In this document: positions 12,655 to 26,455 of the stretch, one piece after another
Position numbering within the stretch: position 1 is the stretch's first letter
How the letters are laid out: the number at the start of each line of letters is the position of its first letter
Assembly: GCF_009914755.1 (NCBI RefSeq)
Contig: NC_060927.1
From: the human T2T-CHM13v2.0 reference genome, Homo sapiens
Length of the DNA: 64,000 nt
Reading direction: 5' to 3' (one strand)
Notes under the pieces: generated by a model
What the model saw: only the letters and a program-made list of their open reading frames with translations
Database searches by the model: none
What the model was told of the DNA's origin: nothing
Made by a program: the position numbers and the translations under genes

Positions 12655-13070
12655 CCCTCTGACCAGGCAATTACACTTCTACCCTAGAAAAATGCAAACA
12701 CATGGGTACCAAGAGATTGTAATTATGAGAAGGCTTTAAACAGTAAACACCACATCTCAGTTAACACCATATATGACTTTGTTCAAGAATGGTATCATCA
12801 TACTCTCTGTAGTAGAAAAAACTGGGAAAAATCTGAATGCCCATCTGTAGGGAAACAGCTAAATAAAATACAGTACATTCATAGTGGAACACTATATGGT
12901 AGTTAAAGGAATGAGTGAGACCTGTGTATGTATAAACGTGGATAATCTCCAAGACACCAGTAAGCAAAAAAATACAAACTATAGAATCAGATGTATAAAA
13001 TGACACTACTTAAGTGAAAAAATTCACACACAAGACTGTATATTTAGTAACCATACATAACTAACATAAA
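12655..13070 (+). mobile_element. Old L1M 3' region
   Basis: gaccaggcaattacacttctacccta...gaatgcccatc...attcatagtggaacactat. Confidence 0.55.
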
Positions 13071-14924
13071 TAGCAAAGTTTAATATATTTTGATATTTTC
13101 ACATTATACTTTTTAAATAAAGTTAAATGCCAAATATGCTTCCTATTTCTGTTGATTAGTTGGCATTGATACAAATCAACTTCAAATGATAAGAGAGAAT
13201 CTACCAGGTCTTCATCAGTCCATTCTTCCTGCTCATGTTTGGATTTCTTTGAAACATAATGTATACTAAATATTTTAAATATGCGCAGAAGCCCAAACTC
13301 TTCATAGTATCTGAGAAGGGAGAGATAGAAATGGGTTGTAGAGAGAGTTAGAAGTGATTTTTACTTTTTCTCTAATTTTTTTTTTTTTTTTTTTTTTTAC
13401 AACTTGTGTATTCCCTGCAGGAGTTCTACAAAGTCACTGTGACCCTGTATTATGACCAGTGGCACCACTATCCCCTACAATGCAGCCTAAGTGGCTGTAA
13501 TAACACTAAGCAGCCATTCCCAGCCAGCAGACAGTACCACCCACACATGCCATGTTCTACAGTAAATCAAAGACTATGGTTTTCTAAAAGCAGATATTGT
13601 TCTTAAAAAAATTAGGACAATTTTGTTGTTTGGATGCTTCTGCTGTTTAGTCTTCCATAGAAGCCATCTCCAGCAGGGCCTTCGTCTGCCACTCAACTTG
13701 GAAACCTCATCTTCTAACTGTCTGGGGTTGAGTGCTGGGGGGACAAAGGCCAAAAGGGTCGGCAGCCAGGGAGGAGAACTGTAGCATCTTGACAGTTGGG
13801 CAGAGATGACCAATGTGAAAACCTGCCGAGGGGACAACAGTGACTGATGGCTCCTAAGGAAGTATTAGTACAAACCTAGTCGCACGCAACACCCTGCTGC
13901 CCGCAAGAGGGGATCACAGTTCCACAAACCAGCTATGTAATTAAAACACAGCTCTGGAGACGAAGGAGGTTAAATGACTCTGACCCAGTCCATCCGCTCT
14001 GCTTGGTGGTTGCCAATTCTAACCTTCCTGCCAACACCCACACATTTCTATAACTCAGATTATCTCCAAAATATTTCACAAACTTCCAATTTTTTTAAAC
14101 AAGTGAAGAAAAAAAAGCAAGCTCTTTACATGTGTTTTCTTATTCAAAAGAGACTTCAGTTTGCAAACTTTTAATCTTTTTAGACAGTGCAAGACAAAGT
14201 GAAATCCACTGAAGGCTTTTCATTTAAGCAAATGCAGAAGATAATTTATTCCTCCAAGTGGCAGGAGAAAGCAATAAGCCAGGCATCTGTGCAAAACTTT
14301 CCATACCCCCTCAAGTCCTATAACTCTGTCTACAACTCCATCTTCTGGTCCTGACTAAATCTTCGATTATTCCCAGAACGAATGAAATCTTAAATCCACA
14401 TCAGCTTTTAACATCTGCCGAGTCTTAACTATACAGGAACAAAAACGGAATTCCTGTATGTCACCTGCCGATAGGATTACAATTTAAATCAGACTCAAAA
14501 GTATATGGAAATTGAAGCCTTGTTTTTTCCTAGTCCAATGTAGACATCAGTCAGATGACGGAAGTTGGCAATAGGCTGGTTACATGCTACGTACAGCAAA
14601 CCTGCCTCAACATCCATTTAAACAACTATGCAATTCTTATTTTAAAAGGCCTCAACTACAGAAAACACATCTTATGCTCTAAAAGAAACGTCAAGACATT
14701 ATCAAAATCAGTTTCTCGGGCACAACACTGATCCAACGAACATTTAATTTGTACTTTTGGTTCAGTAATTTAAATCAACCTTCTGAATCATACTATTTAG
14801 ACAAGCTTACCAACATATGACAAAATGAGAAACTCTCAACCTAATCAAAACAACCTTATTTTTATAAAAATCTCTGTATTAAAATTTTTAAACTCTGAAA
14901 AATGTATTGTGTAAGAAAGTGTTA

Positions 14925-15085
14925 TACAAAGTGTGGTCCAAAGCTTGGAAGCATCGGCACCTCATGGGAGCCTCCTGGAAACAGAAATTCACAGGCCTCA
15001 TCCCAGACTTATTGAATCACAAACTCTTGAGGTGAGGCCAGGGAATCTGTTTTAACAAGCCTTCCAGGTGCTCCAGCATTGGTCT
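14925..15085 (+). mobile_element. MER5A hAT-Charlie MITE
   Basis: caaagtgtggtcc...aggcctcatcccagacttattgaatcacaaactc...aatctgttttaacaagccttccaggtg. Confidence 0.75.
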
Positions 15086-16589
15086 AAAGGGTAATATTAG
15101 GAATGTCAAGAATACTGGAATTTGGGGACCGGTATACCAAACAAGATCGATCATGTAAAATCAATTTTTAAAATCCAACAAAGTTCAGAATTTGCAGAGG
15201 ATCAAAAAAAAATTGCAATCAGCATAAACCCTATATTCATCTCCCTTCCTTCCTTACTTCTAAGTAAATGAGGATCATGAAACTTACATATGGATATAGT
15301 CAATTGCTTGTAAGTTCATGTCTATTTATGCTGTGGTTCAGAAATATTTGCACATCAAACCAGAATCTGAGTTTACACTTGGGATCCTGAGTCTTTTGTA
15401 GATGTGAAAAGAGTAAACTTGGAATCAAAATCTCTCGAAGAAACAGTTTTCTAGGAATCCTGCCATTCCTTTTTCTCAGGATGACCTTAACTTTCAGTCT
15501 TGAGGAATTTTTTCCTTTCCTGATTAATACTTCATAGGATGATTAGTATATTTTGTACATGTGTACATCAGGACAAGCTGGCTCATGACTTTTCCCCTAC
15601 TACTGAGAACACCAGAGCTTGGTGCTCCATTGTAAAAGGATTAACTAACATGCTAGGCCAGTATCAATGGCAGAGCTTACTGGCACTGTCTGCTCCCCCA
15701 ACTCACCCATGAGGAACATGGTTCTAACCATTGCCATTTTCCTTTAAAATAGCAAAGAAACCTGGCAAATAAACTACACACATCTGACTCAGGATTCCAT
15801 GAGGCCCAGCTCTCCCACTCCCCTTCCCCATACAGGCTTATTTCTGGGTCTTTAGAATCAAATTAGAACACCCTGTCAGACACCTATTTGTGCAAACGTT
15901 AATTTCAAGTATATTTAAATGTCTTCACATCTTGCTATTGCTCATCACATCAAGCAGAGCTGCTTCTACTGTGTAATCACAATAATGAATAAACATGGGG
16001 TGCTTAAAAAGGACTGAGGCACCACAAAACTGATCAATTGTTAATTCTATAAAGTGACTAAACGTGCCTTCCTTTGTAATAACTCCATCAAGCTGTGTTT
16101 TGGGTGGGAAGGATGCCCACGTCCTCTGCCTACTGTCTCTGTAAAACAAAAATGCAATCATCAGTCAGATCCTACCTAAGGCTTATCTTAATCTTGATTA
16201 TTTCCTCATATTGTCTCAACCCACCTCTCCCCCACAACTCCAACGAGAAGCAAAAATTGTCATGGCATTTAAAAAACCATGGGCTGCATGATTATCAATT
16301 GACAAAGGATTTGAGGCAGCACTAATATTAACAGCCTCAATAGCCACAGTGTGTATTTATTGCCTGTTATTATTTTGATAAAATACCAATTTCACAATGA
16401 ACATCTGACCTACAGGAACTCCAGATCTCGGTGAAATTCCTTTGTGTGGCAGGAGGAGGACTGTTAGAGCTTCTCCTTAGGGTAAACACACTTGTTATTT
16501 ACCTCTTCTTCCCAACCACGCCTGGGCCATATGCATGAGGAGTTTGTCCAACGTTTCTTGAGTTCAAAGAATGAATAATCTACTAAGAG

Positions 16590-16765
16590 TTGTGTCTCTG
16601 GACCACACTGCTTGGGTTCATACTGCGTCCTTGCCACAAACTACCAGTGTGGCTTCCACCCTGAGTGCTTCATTTTTCTAATGCAAAGAAGGGTGATGAT
16701 TGATTGTGTCTACCTTGTAGGACTTCAGGAGAATTAAATCAGATAGCACAAAAATATTCTTAGTA
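16590..16765 (+). mobile_element. MIR
   Basis: ctgcttgggttcatactgc...ctgagtgcttcatttttctaatgc...tctaccttgtagg...gagaattaaatcagat. Confidence 0.55.
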
Positions 16766-16774
16766 CAATAAAAT

Positions 16775-17375
16775 GGCACAGCTACCATAGAAAAACAGCA
16801 TGGTGGTTCCTCAAAAAATTAAACACAGAATTATCATCCAATCCAGCAACTCCACTTCTGGGTAGAGACTCAAAAGCACTAAAGGCAGAACTAAAAGCAT
16901 CTTGAACAGATGTTTGTATACCTATGTTCATAGCAGCATGACGTGCAATAGCCAAAAGGTGGAAAAAAACAAATGTCCATTGAAGGACAAATAAAAAATA
17001 AAGTGTGGGCTATACATGCAATGGATTATTCAGCCTTAAAAAGGAAATTCTGACACATGCTACAACATGGATGAACCTTGAAGACATTATGCTAAGTGAG
17101 ATAAGACAGACACAAAAGAACGAATAATGTTATGTCTCCATTTATATAAGGTACCTAGAGGAGTGAAACTCAGAGAGACAGGAAGTAGAAAGGTGGCTGT
17201 CAGGAACTAGAAGGGGGAAATGGGAAATTCATGTTTCATGGGTACAGAGTTCAGTTTTGCACCACGAAAAAGGTTCTGTGGATGGAATGGGCAATGGTAG
17301 CTTAACAATGTGAATGTACTTAACGCCACTGAAATGTACACTTGAAAACGGTTAAAATGATAAATTTTATCTTTT
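16775..17375 (+). mobile_element. L1MB-type 3' end
   Basis: gttcctcaaaaaattaaacacagaatta...gctacaacatggatgaaccttgaagacattatgctaagtg...gtacacttgaaaacggttaaaatg. Confidence 0.85.
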
Positions 17376-17938
17376 TTACCCAAACTGAAACAAAAATGCT
17401 TAGTATAACACCCAGCAACATCCTTACTCAACAAATGATAACTATTGTTACTATTATAATTTTTTTAAAGCTCAACAAGGCAAATATTAACAAACATTCT
17501 CCAACGCAAAAATGGCCAGCATCCAGAGAAAGCTCTGATGAAAGACACACTTGCTAAGTAAGATTTAATTCCATTTAAACATCTCCTTACCCACTCCCCA
17601 CTGCCTCTCTAACCCCCACTGGTAGGCACTCCTTGACCTTCATGGGGATGTTTAAATGTTAACCAATGAGCTTTCTAAATCTCCTCAGCTGCATATCAGC
17701 ACCTAAGCTTTGAGGTGGGGGAAATTCCGCATACAAGGAGAATGAGATTGGTACCAAGGGGCAGACTCACAGCCATCCTCTGGCTTGCTTAATGGAGTTC
17801 CGTGCTTCTAAGCAGACCTAGACAAAGCAGACAAAGAGCAGGACAGAGTGCAAAGAAGATGTGAGGTTTTTATCCTGGGAGGACTGAGCCCATGGTAACC
17901 AATTTTATGGCTCTTTTGATTTGGGTCCATGGATATCT

Positions 17939-17966
17939 CTGTGTGTGCGTGTGTGTGAGTGTGTGT
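17939..17966. repeat. (TG)n, imperfect
   Basis: tgtgtgtgcgtgtgtgtgagtgtgtg. Confidence 0.8.
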
Positions 17967-18686
17967 TGAGAAGGAATTAATCCAAAAATATAGATGAAGA
18001 AAGCTGCGACTCTGATGTGAAGCCGAGTTGCATAATCAGTTCTGAAGGCAGAGAAAAGGTAATAGATGTTTACATTACAATCTGGCTCCTACTGGAAGAG
18101 CTGCCAAATGATTTAAATAGTAACAAAGATTACTATCCCAGTGATTTGTTGCCCCCAACGATACATACAGAGAAGAATTCACCCCAGTAATTTTTTCTTT
18201 GGATGGCCTTAATTAAACATCACACTGTACAAAATATTTATGGCTTTCAGACTACTTAAAATCTTAAACTAGACACCACTTTAAAAGGTAGAATTGAAGG
18301 ACTTACTCCATTACTGACATATGAAACTTGATGTCTGGTAAACAGGATGCATTACAAAGAAACTCAAAATCCCTTTTAACTTTTGGATGTTTTATGACTA
18401 ATATTAAGATAAATTTTTAGGTAGAATAACATATAGCCATGAAAAAGAATGACATATAGCTCTCTTCACTGATTTGTCATCTTTCCTGGAATCACTCCAG
18501 AGCACATCTGGGTCTCATGTAAAATGATCACCACAACGTAGGAGGTCTCTACAGGCAAGGAATGTCGGCCTCCTTCCCTAGCCACAGGTTCATCAAAAGC
18601 CCTCTAATGGGCCTTTGCTGAGTAAACAAAGCAGGACACAGATCATATGATGTATGAACCCCGTTATTCAAAATTGTCAGGTCTAA

Positions 18687-19039
<353 letters not shown>

Positions 19040-19312
19040 TTAAAAAGGAATTGTCTCTGGGTGGCAAAATTGGGTGGGTTTCTTTTTTTTAACTTTCCTT
19101 TTATATTTTTCTGCAATGTTTGAATTTTTCTACCCCAGGTATGTACTATTTTTATAAATTAAGAAAAGAAATTTTCAAAACAGAAGCCTAGGGTGATGAA
19201 AAGAACTGTGGCCTATGCATCAAGATACTTGGGTTCCCCGACAGAAATAAAGAGCTGCGGACATTGGATAAGACACTTTTCACTACTCTGGACCTTAAAA
19301 GTTGCCATTAGA

Positions 19313-19913
<601 letters not shown>

Positions 19914-20352
19914 TTAATTTTTAGAAGCTGTATTTAAAGTCTGTGGTTTTAGGCCCAATGATTCCCAGGTTAGTAACTACAGTGTACTGCAGACTTATCA
20001 ATATTTTCATCACACTAGAGAAAAAGATGAAATAGAAATGAAGAAAATCAAGAAATAAAACTACTAATTTTCAGAGAAAACTTTAGAACACATGGCACAG
20101 ATGTGAAACTAAAAGAATCCAAACAGACACAGTGGTCATTAAAAAAAATGAATAAATAATAACTCTAGCTTTTGACAGCTCCGCCTTTTGTTAACGTAAC
20201 TGAAATACTGTAGAATGTTCTATTGCTTTCTAGTTTAAAATGAACTTATAGCACTAGCAAAGCCAACAGAGTAGTTTGTGTGTACTGCCATATTTTTATC
20301 TTTTTAAAAAAAGCTTAGTGTTTTCTCTTTGCTTCATAAGAAATACAAGTAT

Positions 20353-20650
20353 AGCCAGGCACAGTAGCTCATGCCTGTAGTGTCAACACTTTGAGAGGCC
20401 GAGACAGGAGGGTTGCTTTAGCCCAGGAGTTCGACACCAGCCTGGGGAACATGCTGAGACTCTGTCTCTAGAAAAAATAACAAATTAGCTGGGCGTGATG
20501 GTGCACACCTGTAGTTCTAGCTACTCAGGAGGGTGAAGCAGAAGGATTGCTTTAGCCCAGGAGGTCAAGTTTGCAGAGAGCTGTGATCATACCACTGCAC
20601 TCCAGCCTGGGTAACAGAGACACCATCTCAAAAAAAAAAAAGAAAAAAGA
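20353..20650 (+). mobile_element. AluJ
   Basis: ggattgctttagcccaggagg J-type diagnostics; TSD-like aagaaatacaa. Confidence 0.9.
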
Positions 20651-23600
20651 AATACAATGATATCTTCCTATTTTTCCAAAAAGGATATTTTACTCTTCTG
20701 GACTAACAATACCACAATCTCATAAAAGGAAACAAATTACCCATGTCTTTATTATCTTTCTAAATGGTGTCTTGTCATTTTATTAACAAGAACTCCCTAA
20801 TATTTGATGCTACCATACTTCTGAATTAAAATTATTTATGCTTGTGTTAATGATTTGCTACTCTAAGATCCTGACAGCTTTTGAATTAAAAAGAATGACT
20901 AAAAAAGATTCAATGTTGCCTTAGATTCATAACTCTGAAAATCAGTAGTTCATCCATATAAAGAAAGCCATCTAGTAACCAGAATGTTTCCATAACATCA
21001 ACACGCTACAGCTGGCACATACTGAGTGTTCAACAAATGTGGGGTACCATTATCGTTATTCACAATCATGCCAGAAAATAATGTTGTACCAAATTATTGG
21101 CTAGTACTGGCTTTTATAGCAACTAAAAGGCACTAAGTATGAAAGGGCAGCCTATCACTTAATAGATTGATATTCTGAGTTCTTTCACAAATAAACCATA
21201 AATCATTATCTTAAACTGCCTGACCATCATTTTAACATCCATGTCTTTCCATGTGTTCAGTTAGGTTCAAATTGCGTCACCCTGCCCAATACTCTTCCAT
21301 CGCCAGCTCCCCTTTAAACCTTTCGTTTATAACTGTGGATACTGTCGCAGCTACTAGGAAGTAACCCAAGCTAGCTGGTGTATACAGCTGTCCAATCCTT
21401 GAGGTGGGCTCAACTAGCATGGTAGTCCAGCAAACTGATGGTGCAAGAAGCCAATGTGGCCCTCCTCCGCAGAGACAGCCAAGGGAAGGGGTCCCACCAC
21501 ATCACAGGAGTCATTCTCTCCCAGTCTTCATTGGAAAGTGCACTGGGCTAGGAATTAGGACTCCGGGATTCTAATCCCAGGTTTTTTAAATAACATAATA
21601 GATCCAAGGTAGGACAACACCTCCTACCCCTGATCTTCTAGAAAGGTGAAATCTGAGGTACTTTCTAGATTTAAAATTCTTTGAGCGTTTCCTTAAACCA
21701 GATTTTACAATTAAGTTTATTTAAAAAAAAAAAAAAGAGCCCTTTTGACTGACTGAAGGGAAATGAATTGAATAGCAACTGTACAACAGGAAGAATTTCT
21801 CTTATTTTTCAGCAGATACCAAATAGATGGGAAGTCAAGGTCAATTTTATCTTTTGAGAGGTGGGTTACAGGAGATCACAAATTGAGTGAGGCATTACAA
21901 AGTGCAGTGCCATACTACAGCTTAAGTCTCTAAGTCAGGGCTGCCATACCATACTTAAGTCTCGAAGTCAGGGCTGTCTAGGTTCTGACATGGCTTTCAG
22001 AAATAACATTTTCAAAACAAATAATTATGAAGTGATTAATGTGGCCAAGATCGCTTCACCAATACCTTTGTGGATATCTTTGTTTCCTATTGCCTGAATC
22101 GTGAATCTTGTTTCCTATGGCCTCAATCCCCCACCCTCAATCCTGAATCTTGACAAATTAGGATAAATATACTGTATGGCCTCCCAATCATTTATGATTG
22201 ATTGGCTTCAGGACTTTAAGTCATCTTGCTAATCCTGAGTGATTTAATAGCCAACACCTGAAGAAATGAACTCATGTACTCAAATTAGCCCATCACCTAC
22301 GTGGCTATCTCTAGGACAAAAAATAAAAGCAAAAGATTAGTCCATTTACTGTGATGTCTTTACATATTTGTAAAGAAACAGAGCCAGAACACAGGGTGAA
22401 AAACTCGCAAAGAGGAAGAAAGCACAAGGGGGAAAATCTACTTATGCAAATTCTAAAGAGATCTATAAAATTGCAATCTGAGAATGTTATTATTAAGCTA
22501 AGCCTCTTAGTATAGAAATACCCAAAACTCTCAAACTGGGCAGCTAACGGAGAGTTAGTAAGTGCCAAAAAGACTTCCTTCTTTCCCTTATTCATCACAG
22601 GCAATATAGAATCACTTGCTCAATATGATAATATGACTTTTGTCAATGCATGTTCAAATCAGATCAAGGATTGGCTGCTGATGATGTCATATCCAATGGT
22701 TAATCCCCAGTGAATGCAGTTTTAATATCACATGCATCAACATGCCATTTACATAGCAAAGTATTATATTAAGTGTAACAATAAATGAGTGGTGCAGAAA
22801 AAAAGCAGCTATTAGGAAAAGGCTAGGTACCACTGAAAAGGAGGTGGTAGCGGGGAGCAAAGGAGTTTCTTCTTTTTCTTTTTTAATTACTAAATGGAAC
22901 TAGGTCATCAAACAATACACATGTCTAAAAAGATCAGAAAATGAATATTGAAATTCAAGTGACCTAGGATATTCTAGTACTAGAAATATAAAAATGGTTG
23001 CCTTCAATGAAAAATATCCAATAATCAAGCAGAGATATTTGTAGGGGTTTTTGTATGTGCTAAGGGAACAAGTAATACAATTAAAGTCATTCAAAGATAG
23101 AGAAATTGGCAGCCACTGCTTTTCTGGACAGGACAACTTACTTATCTTTAGCAGGGAAAAGTGGCCAAGTCAAATTGTGACTTGAAGCCTTATAATAAAT
23201 TTTAAAGTGTCAAAGGGCAGTTAAGATGGTACTGAGGGATGAAAGCAAAGTCACGCAAAGCAGAACAATGAGACAGAAGAACTTAGGAAGGGAACCTTGA
23301 AATACGGCTTTCTGCTATGAGAATATTGATTAAGAAATGTCCGTGCATATGAAGAAAGCTTCTTCCACAAATGAGCCATGCCAACTCACTCGGTCATTTT
23401 GGGAGGACACAAGTCATCATTCGTCATAATGATTCTGAAAACTGCTCTCACACTACCTTATTAAGGCCTGTATTTCCCATCTAGAGGAAGTGTTGGGCTT
23501 TCACACTGATATGACTATAAACTTAGCAGAAATTCTTCTCACTATAAAACCCACGCGAGCTATTGAAGAATTCTTCAAGTCATACATTTGTTCTCAGTGA

Positions 23601-23806
23601 CTGAGTGGTAACACTAATTATATTGCAAAATGGCTGTTCCTAAATTATTTTAGCCTTTAAAAAAATCCAAGGCCTTCCTGAACTGGGCTCTGACACAAAC
23701 TGCCCCCACCTCTTCCCTCCTCAGCGAGTGTTCTAGAGGGGGCCAAACGAAGATGCGTGTGATTAGGAAGCTAGGCCATCAGTGTGCACAAGTTTGGGTG
23801 ACCGAG

Positions 23807-23821
23807 TCTGCAGGTGGCAGC
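23807..23821 (+). promoter_or_regulatory. Candidate CTCF site
   Basis: TCTGCAGGTGGCAGC matches 13/15 of CCASYAGRKGGCRSY; a weaker tctagagggggc lies at ~23732. Confidence 0.35.
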
Positions 23822-25058
23822 TACGAGTTATGGTGGACAAGCTTTATGCCAAGGATATTAGAGACAGAAACAGACCAAAGCTTCGAAGGCGCCCATCCCC
23901 ACACACGGGGATCGCCTGTCACATCACATCAACCTTGCTTGTCTCAGAGGGAAGACCATTGAAAAGTTAAAAGGGAAAAGAGTTCAGGGATAAAGACGTT
24001 AAACCAAAGGGGGGTCCCTGAATCTCGGTGACGGGGGATGGGCACCAGGCTAGGTCTCGGCGAGTCCGTGAACCCGTGCATGTACATACTGCTTAGGAGC
24101 TGATTCACAGCTTTACTAAGGCTCCGTGGAGCCCCTAAACGTTAAATGATGCTGATTCGAGAAGAAAACGCACCAGCGGCACTGTGTCTGGCTTGGGCAG
24201 CCTCACCAGGTGCAGGAGATCAAGCTTTCCAGTTCCAATCCTCTCCCGAGCTCCTTGCGTAGGGTCAAGGATGCCCTCTCTTCTAGGAGCGGATTAACAG
24301 GGCAAAGTGGGAAAAAGAGCGAAAGAAATGTAGAGATGCCACCTTGGTGGGCAAATCTGAGATGCCTCCCGCGGAAAGAGACGCAACTTCCAGACCCGCT
24401 CCAGTTCTCCACTTGGGCGGGAAGCTTTGCGCTCCCAGCTGGAAGACGCCTCCCGAGCGCTCGCTGCGCCCTTCAAGCAAGATCCTAGCAACCAGAGCTT
24501 CAGGGTGGGGGTGGGGGCGGGGGGACGCTGACCGGCTCCCACCTGCTTGCTCCTAGAAAGATCCTAGCTCAGATTAAAGGGATGAAGCGCTAAGGTCGAC
24601 TTGTCCAGAAAAGAGCTCACGGTGAGTTCACCACCCCCTATACCAATTCATCGAGTGGCCTCCTCCGCATCAGCAGAGCACCCCCGGGGATTCTGTCAGA
24701 CATGAACCCCGAAACTGGAAGCGGCCGCTGCCTCTCTCCAGCCACACATCCTTACTTCGGAGTGCCCCTTCCAACTTCGGGTTGCACGCCGACCTCAGCA
24801 CAGGCACTCTCCCCGGCGCCCCAGAGAGCCGGGATGAGGGGAGCTGCACCGAGCTGAGTTAACTCGGTACCAGCCGAGAGGCAGCGGCTGCCCACGAGAC
24901 AGCACCTAAATACAGGGTCCAAATCCACCCCCACCCCATCCTCTCGCCCCTCCTTATCCCTTCCAACCCTTCTTACTCGACTAGAGCCGGCATCCAAGTC
25001 GGACCGGCGCGTCCGGAACTAGGTACTGATCGCCGCACCGGAGCCCGAGGACGCTCAC

Positions 25059-25310
25059 CGTGCCGCCTCCCCGCGGGAGCCCCGGGAGCGGCCCATCACC
25101 TCTGCAGCCTCGCCAGGAGAAGAAAAGTTCCCACGTCTCTACCAGGAGAAGCCCGAAGCTCCTGCGGGAGAAGCCTGAAGCTGCTGCTGGAGAAGCGGCA
25201 GCTGAGGCAGGACTCCCGATGTTTGCCCGCAGCCGCGCGCGCAGTCGGTGCGCCCCGTCCAGGGCGGCGCGCAGCTAGCAGTGCGGAGCCGAGCCCAGCT
25301 AGCGCGCTGA
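25059..25310 (-). other. Putative first exon (mostly 5' UTR) of an unidentified minus-strand gene
   Basis: Lies in the CpG island downstream of CCAAT; strong donor CACG|GTGAGC at 25059/25058; 5' boundary approximate; no downstream coding exon recognised in 1-25058. Confidence 0.6.
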
Positions 25311-25344
25311 CCAGGAGGGGCCGGGCCCGCCGCGGAACGCGCTG

Positions 25345-25419
25345 ATTGGCCGGGCCGCCCGGCTGCTCCTGTCCCTGCCTGGCCCCGCGGTCCACGTGGG
25401 CCGGCCTTCTCCCCGCCCC
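25345..25419 (-). promoter_or_regulatory. Proximal promoter motifs: GC box (25411-25419), E-box CACGTG (25393-25398), CCAAT box (25345-25349)
   Basis: On the minus strand GGGGCGGGG, CACGTG and GGCCAATCAGC occur in that order just upstream of the putative TSS (~25290-25320). Confidence 0.65.
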
Positions 25420-25776
25420 GCACCCCTGCTCAGGCGGCGCGCCCCCACTGCCGGCCTCCAGGCGCCTCTCCCGAGCGCCTCGCTGTGGCCACCACTCCGC
25501 AGGTGCTGAGCAAAAGGTATTCTTCCTGAATACCTGAGAGTCGCGTTGAGCTCCACATAAGGAAGACGGATTTAGGGTTCGGCTCTCACTCGAAACCATT
25601 CTCCACGCAGGACCCAAAGCGGTTTGCAAGCAGGATTTCTTAGCCACCCCGTGCAGTAGCACATTCATGAACTAATCTGGCTTCGCGTGTAATGTGCTTG
25701 TATGAGAGAGGAGAAAACTCGGCCCACGTATGAATACCTAAATACTTTTCTTTTTTAATGTATAAAATACAGCTGG

Positions 25777-26085
<309 letters not shown>

Positions 26086-26339
26086 TCAGCTAAGACTTCT
26101 TTGACTCCCTCCTCCCACCCCATTCCTAGTCATGCCCTCCACTCTTCCGCAAGTGAAGTAACTGATAATCAGTGTCACTTAATGGTATTCATTTTACTGG
26201 GATTAGTTCATCTGATCTCTATTTTATAGATGAGATAACTGAAGCACAGAGAAGTTAAATCGTTTACTGAAGATTACACAGGTAACTAGTAAATCCATGC
26301 TCTTTAGTATGCAAAGCATGGCGTCGTAGAGCGGTCCCT

Positions 26340-26455
26340 TGAGAACACTTTAGAACTGCAGACTTTCAGGCCCCACCCCAGAAGTAGAATCTTCATTTTA
26401 ACAAGATGCCCAAGTGGCTGGTGCATGCATAAAGTTAGAAAACGTTGCTCTGTAC
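26340..26455 (-). mobile_element. MER5-like fragment
   Basis: tagaactgcagactttcaggccccacccca...cattttaacaagatgcccaagtg...aaagttagaaaac. Confidence 0.6.

Larger units (their letters stand above)
24200..25700. promoter_or_regulatory. CpG island promoter
   Basis: Abrupt high GC and dense CpG (gcgcgcgc, ccgcgg) compared with CpG-depleted flanks; core ~24990-25520. Confidence 0.92.

Noticed and set aside
21909-21976. Repeat-spacer-repeat pattern resembling a CRISPR unit
   Set aside because: Only two copies in a eukaryotic context with no cas genes; a simple tandem duplication
25059-25310. Assigning a gene symbol to the CpG-island gene
   Set aside because: No recognisable coding exon in the window; several candidate genes were considered but none could be supported from sequence alone
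25060-25668. Several 60-190 aa ORFs on both strands of the CpG island
   Set aside because: GC-rich DNA has few stop codons; low-complexity R/G/A/P products; mostly non-ATG starts
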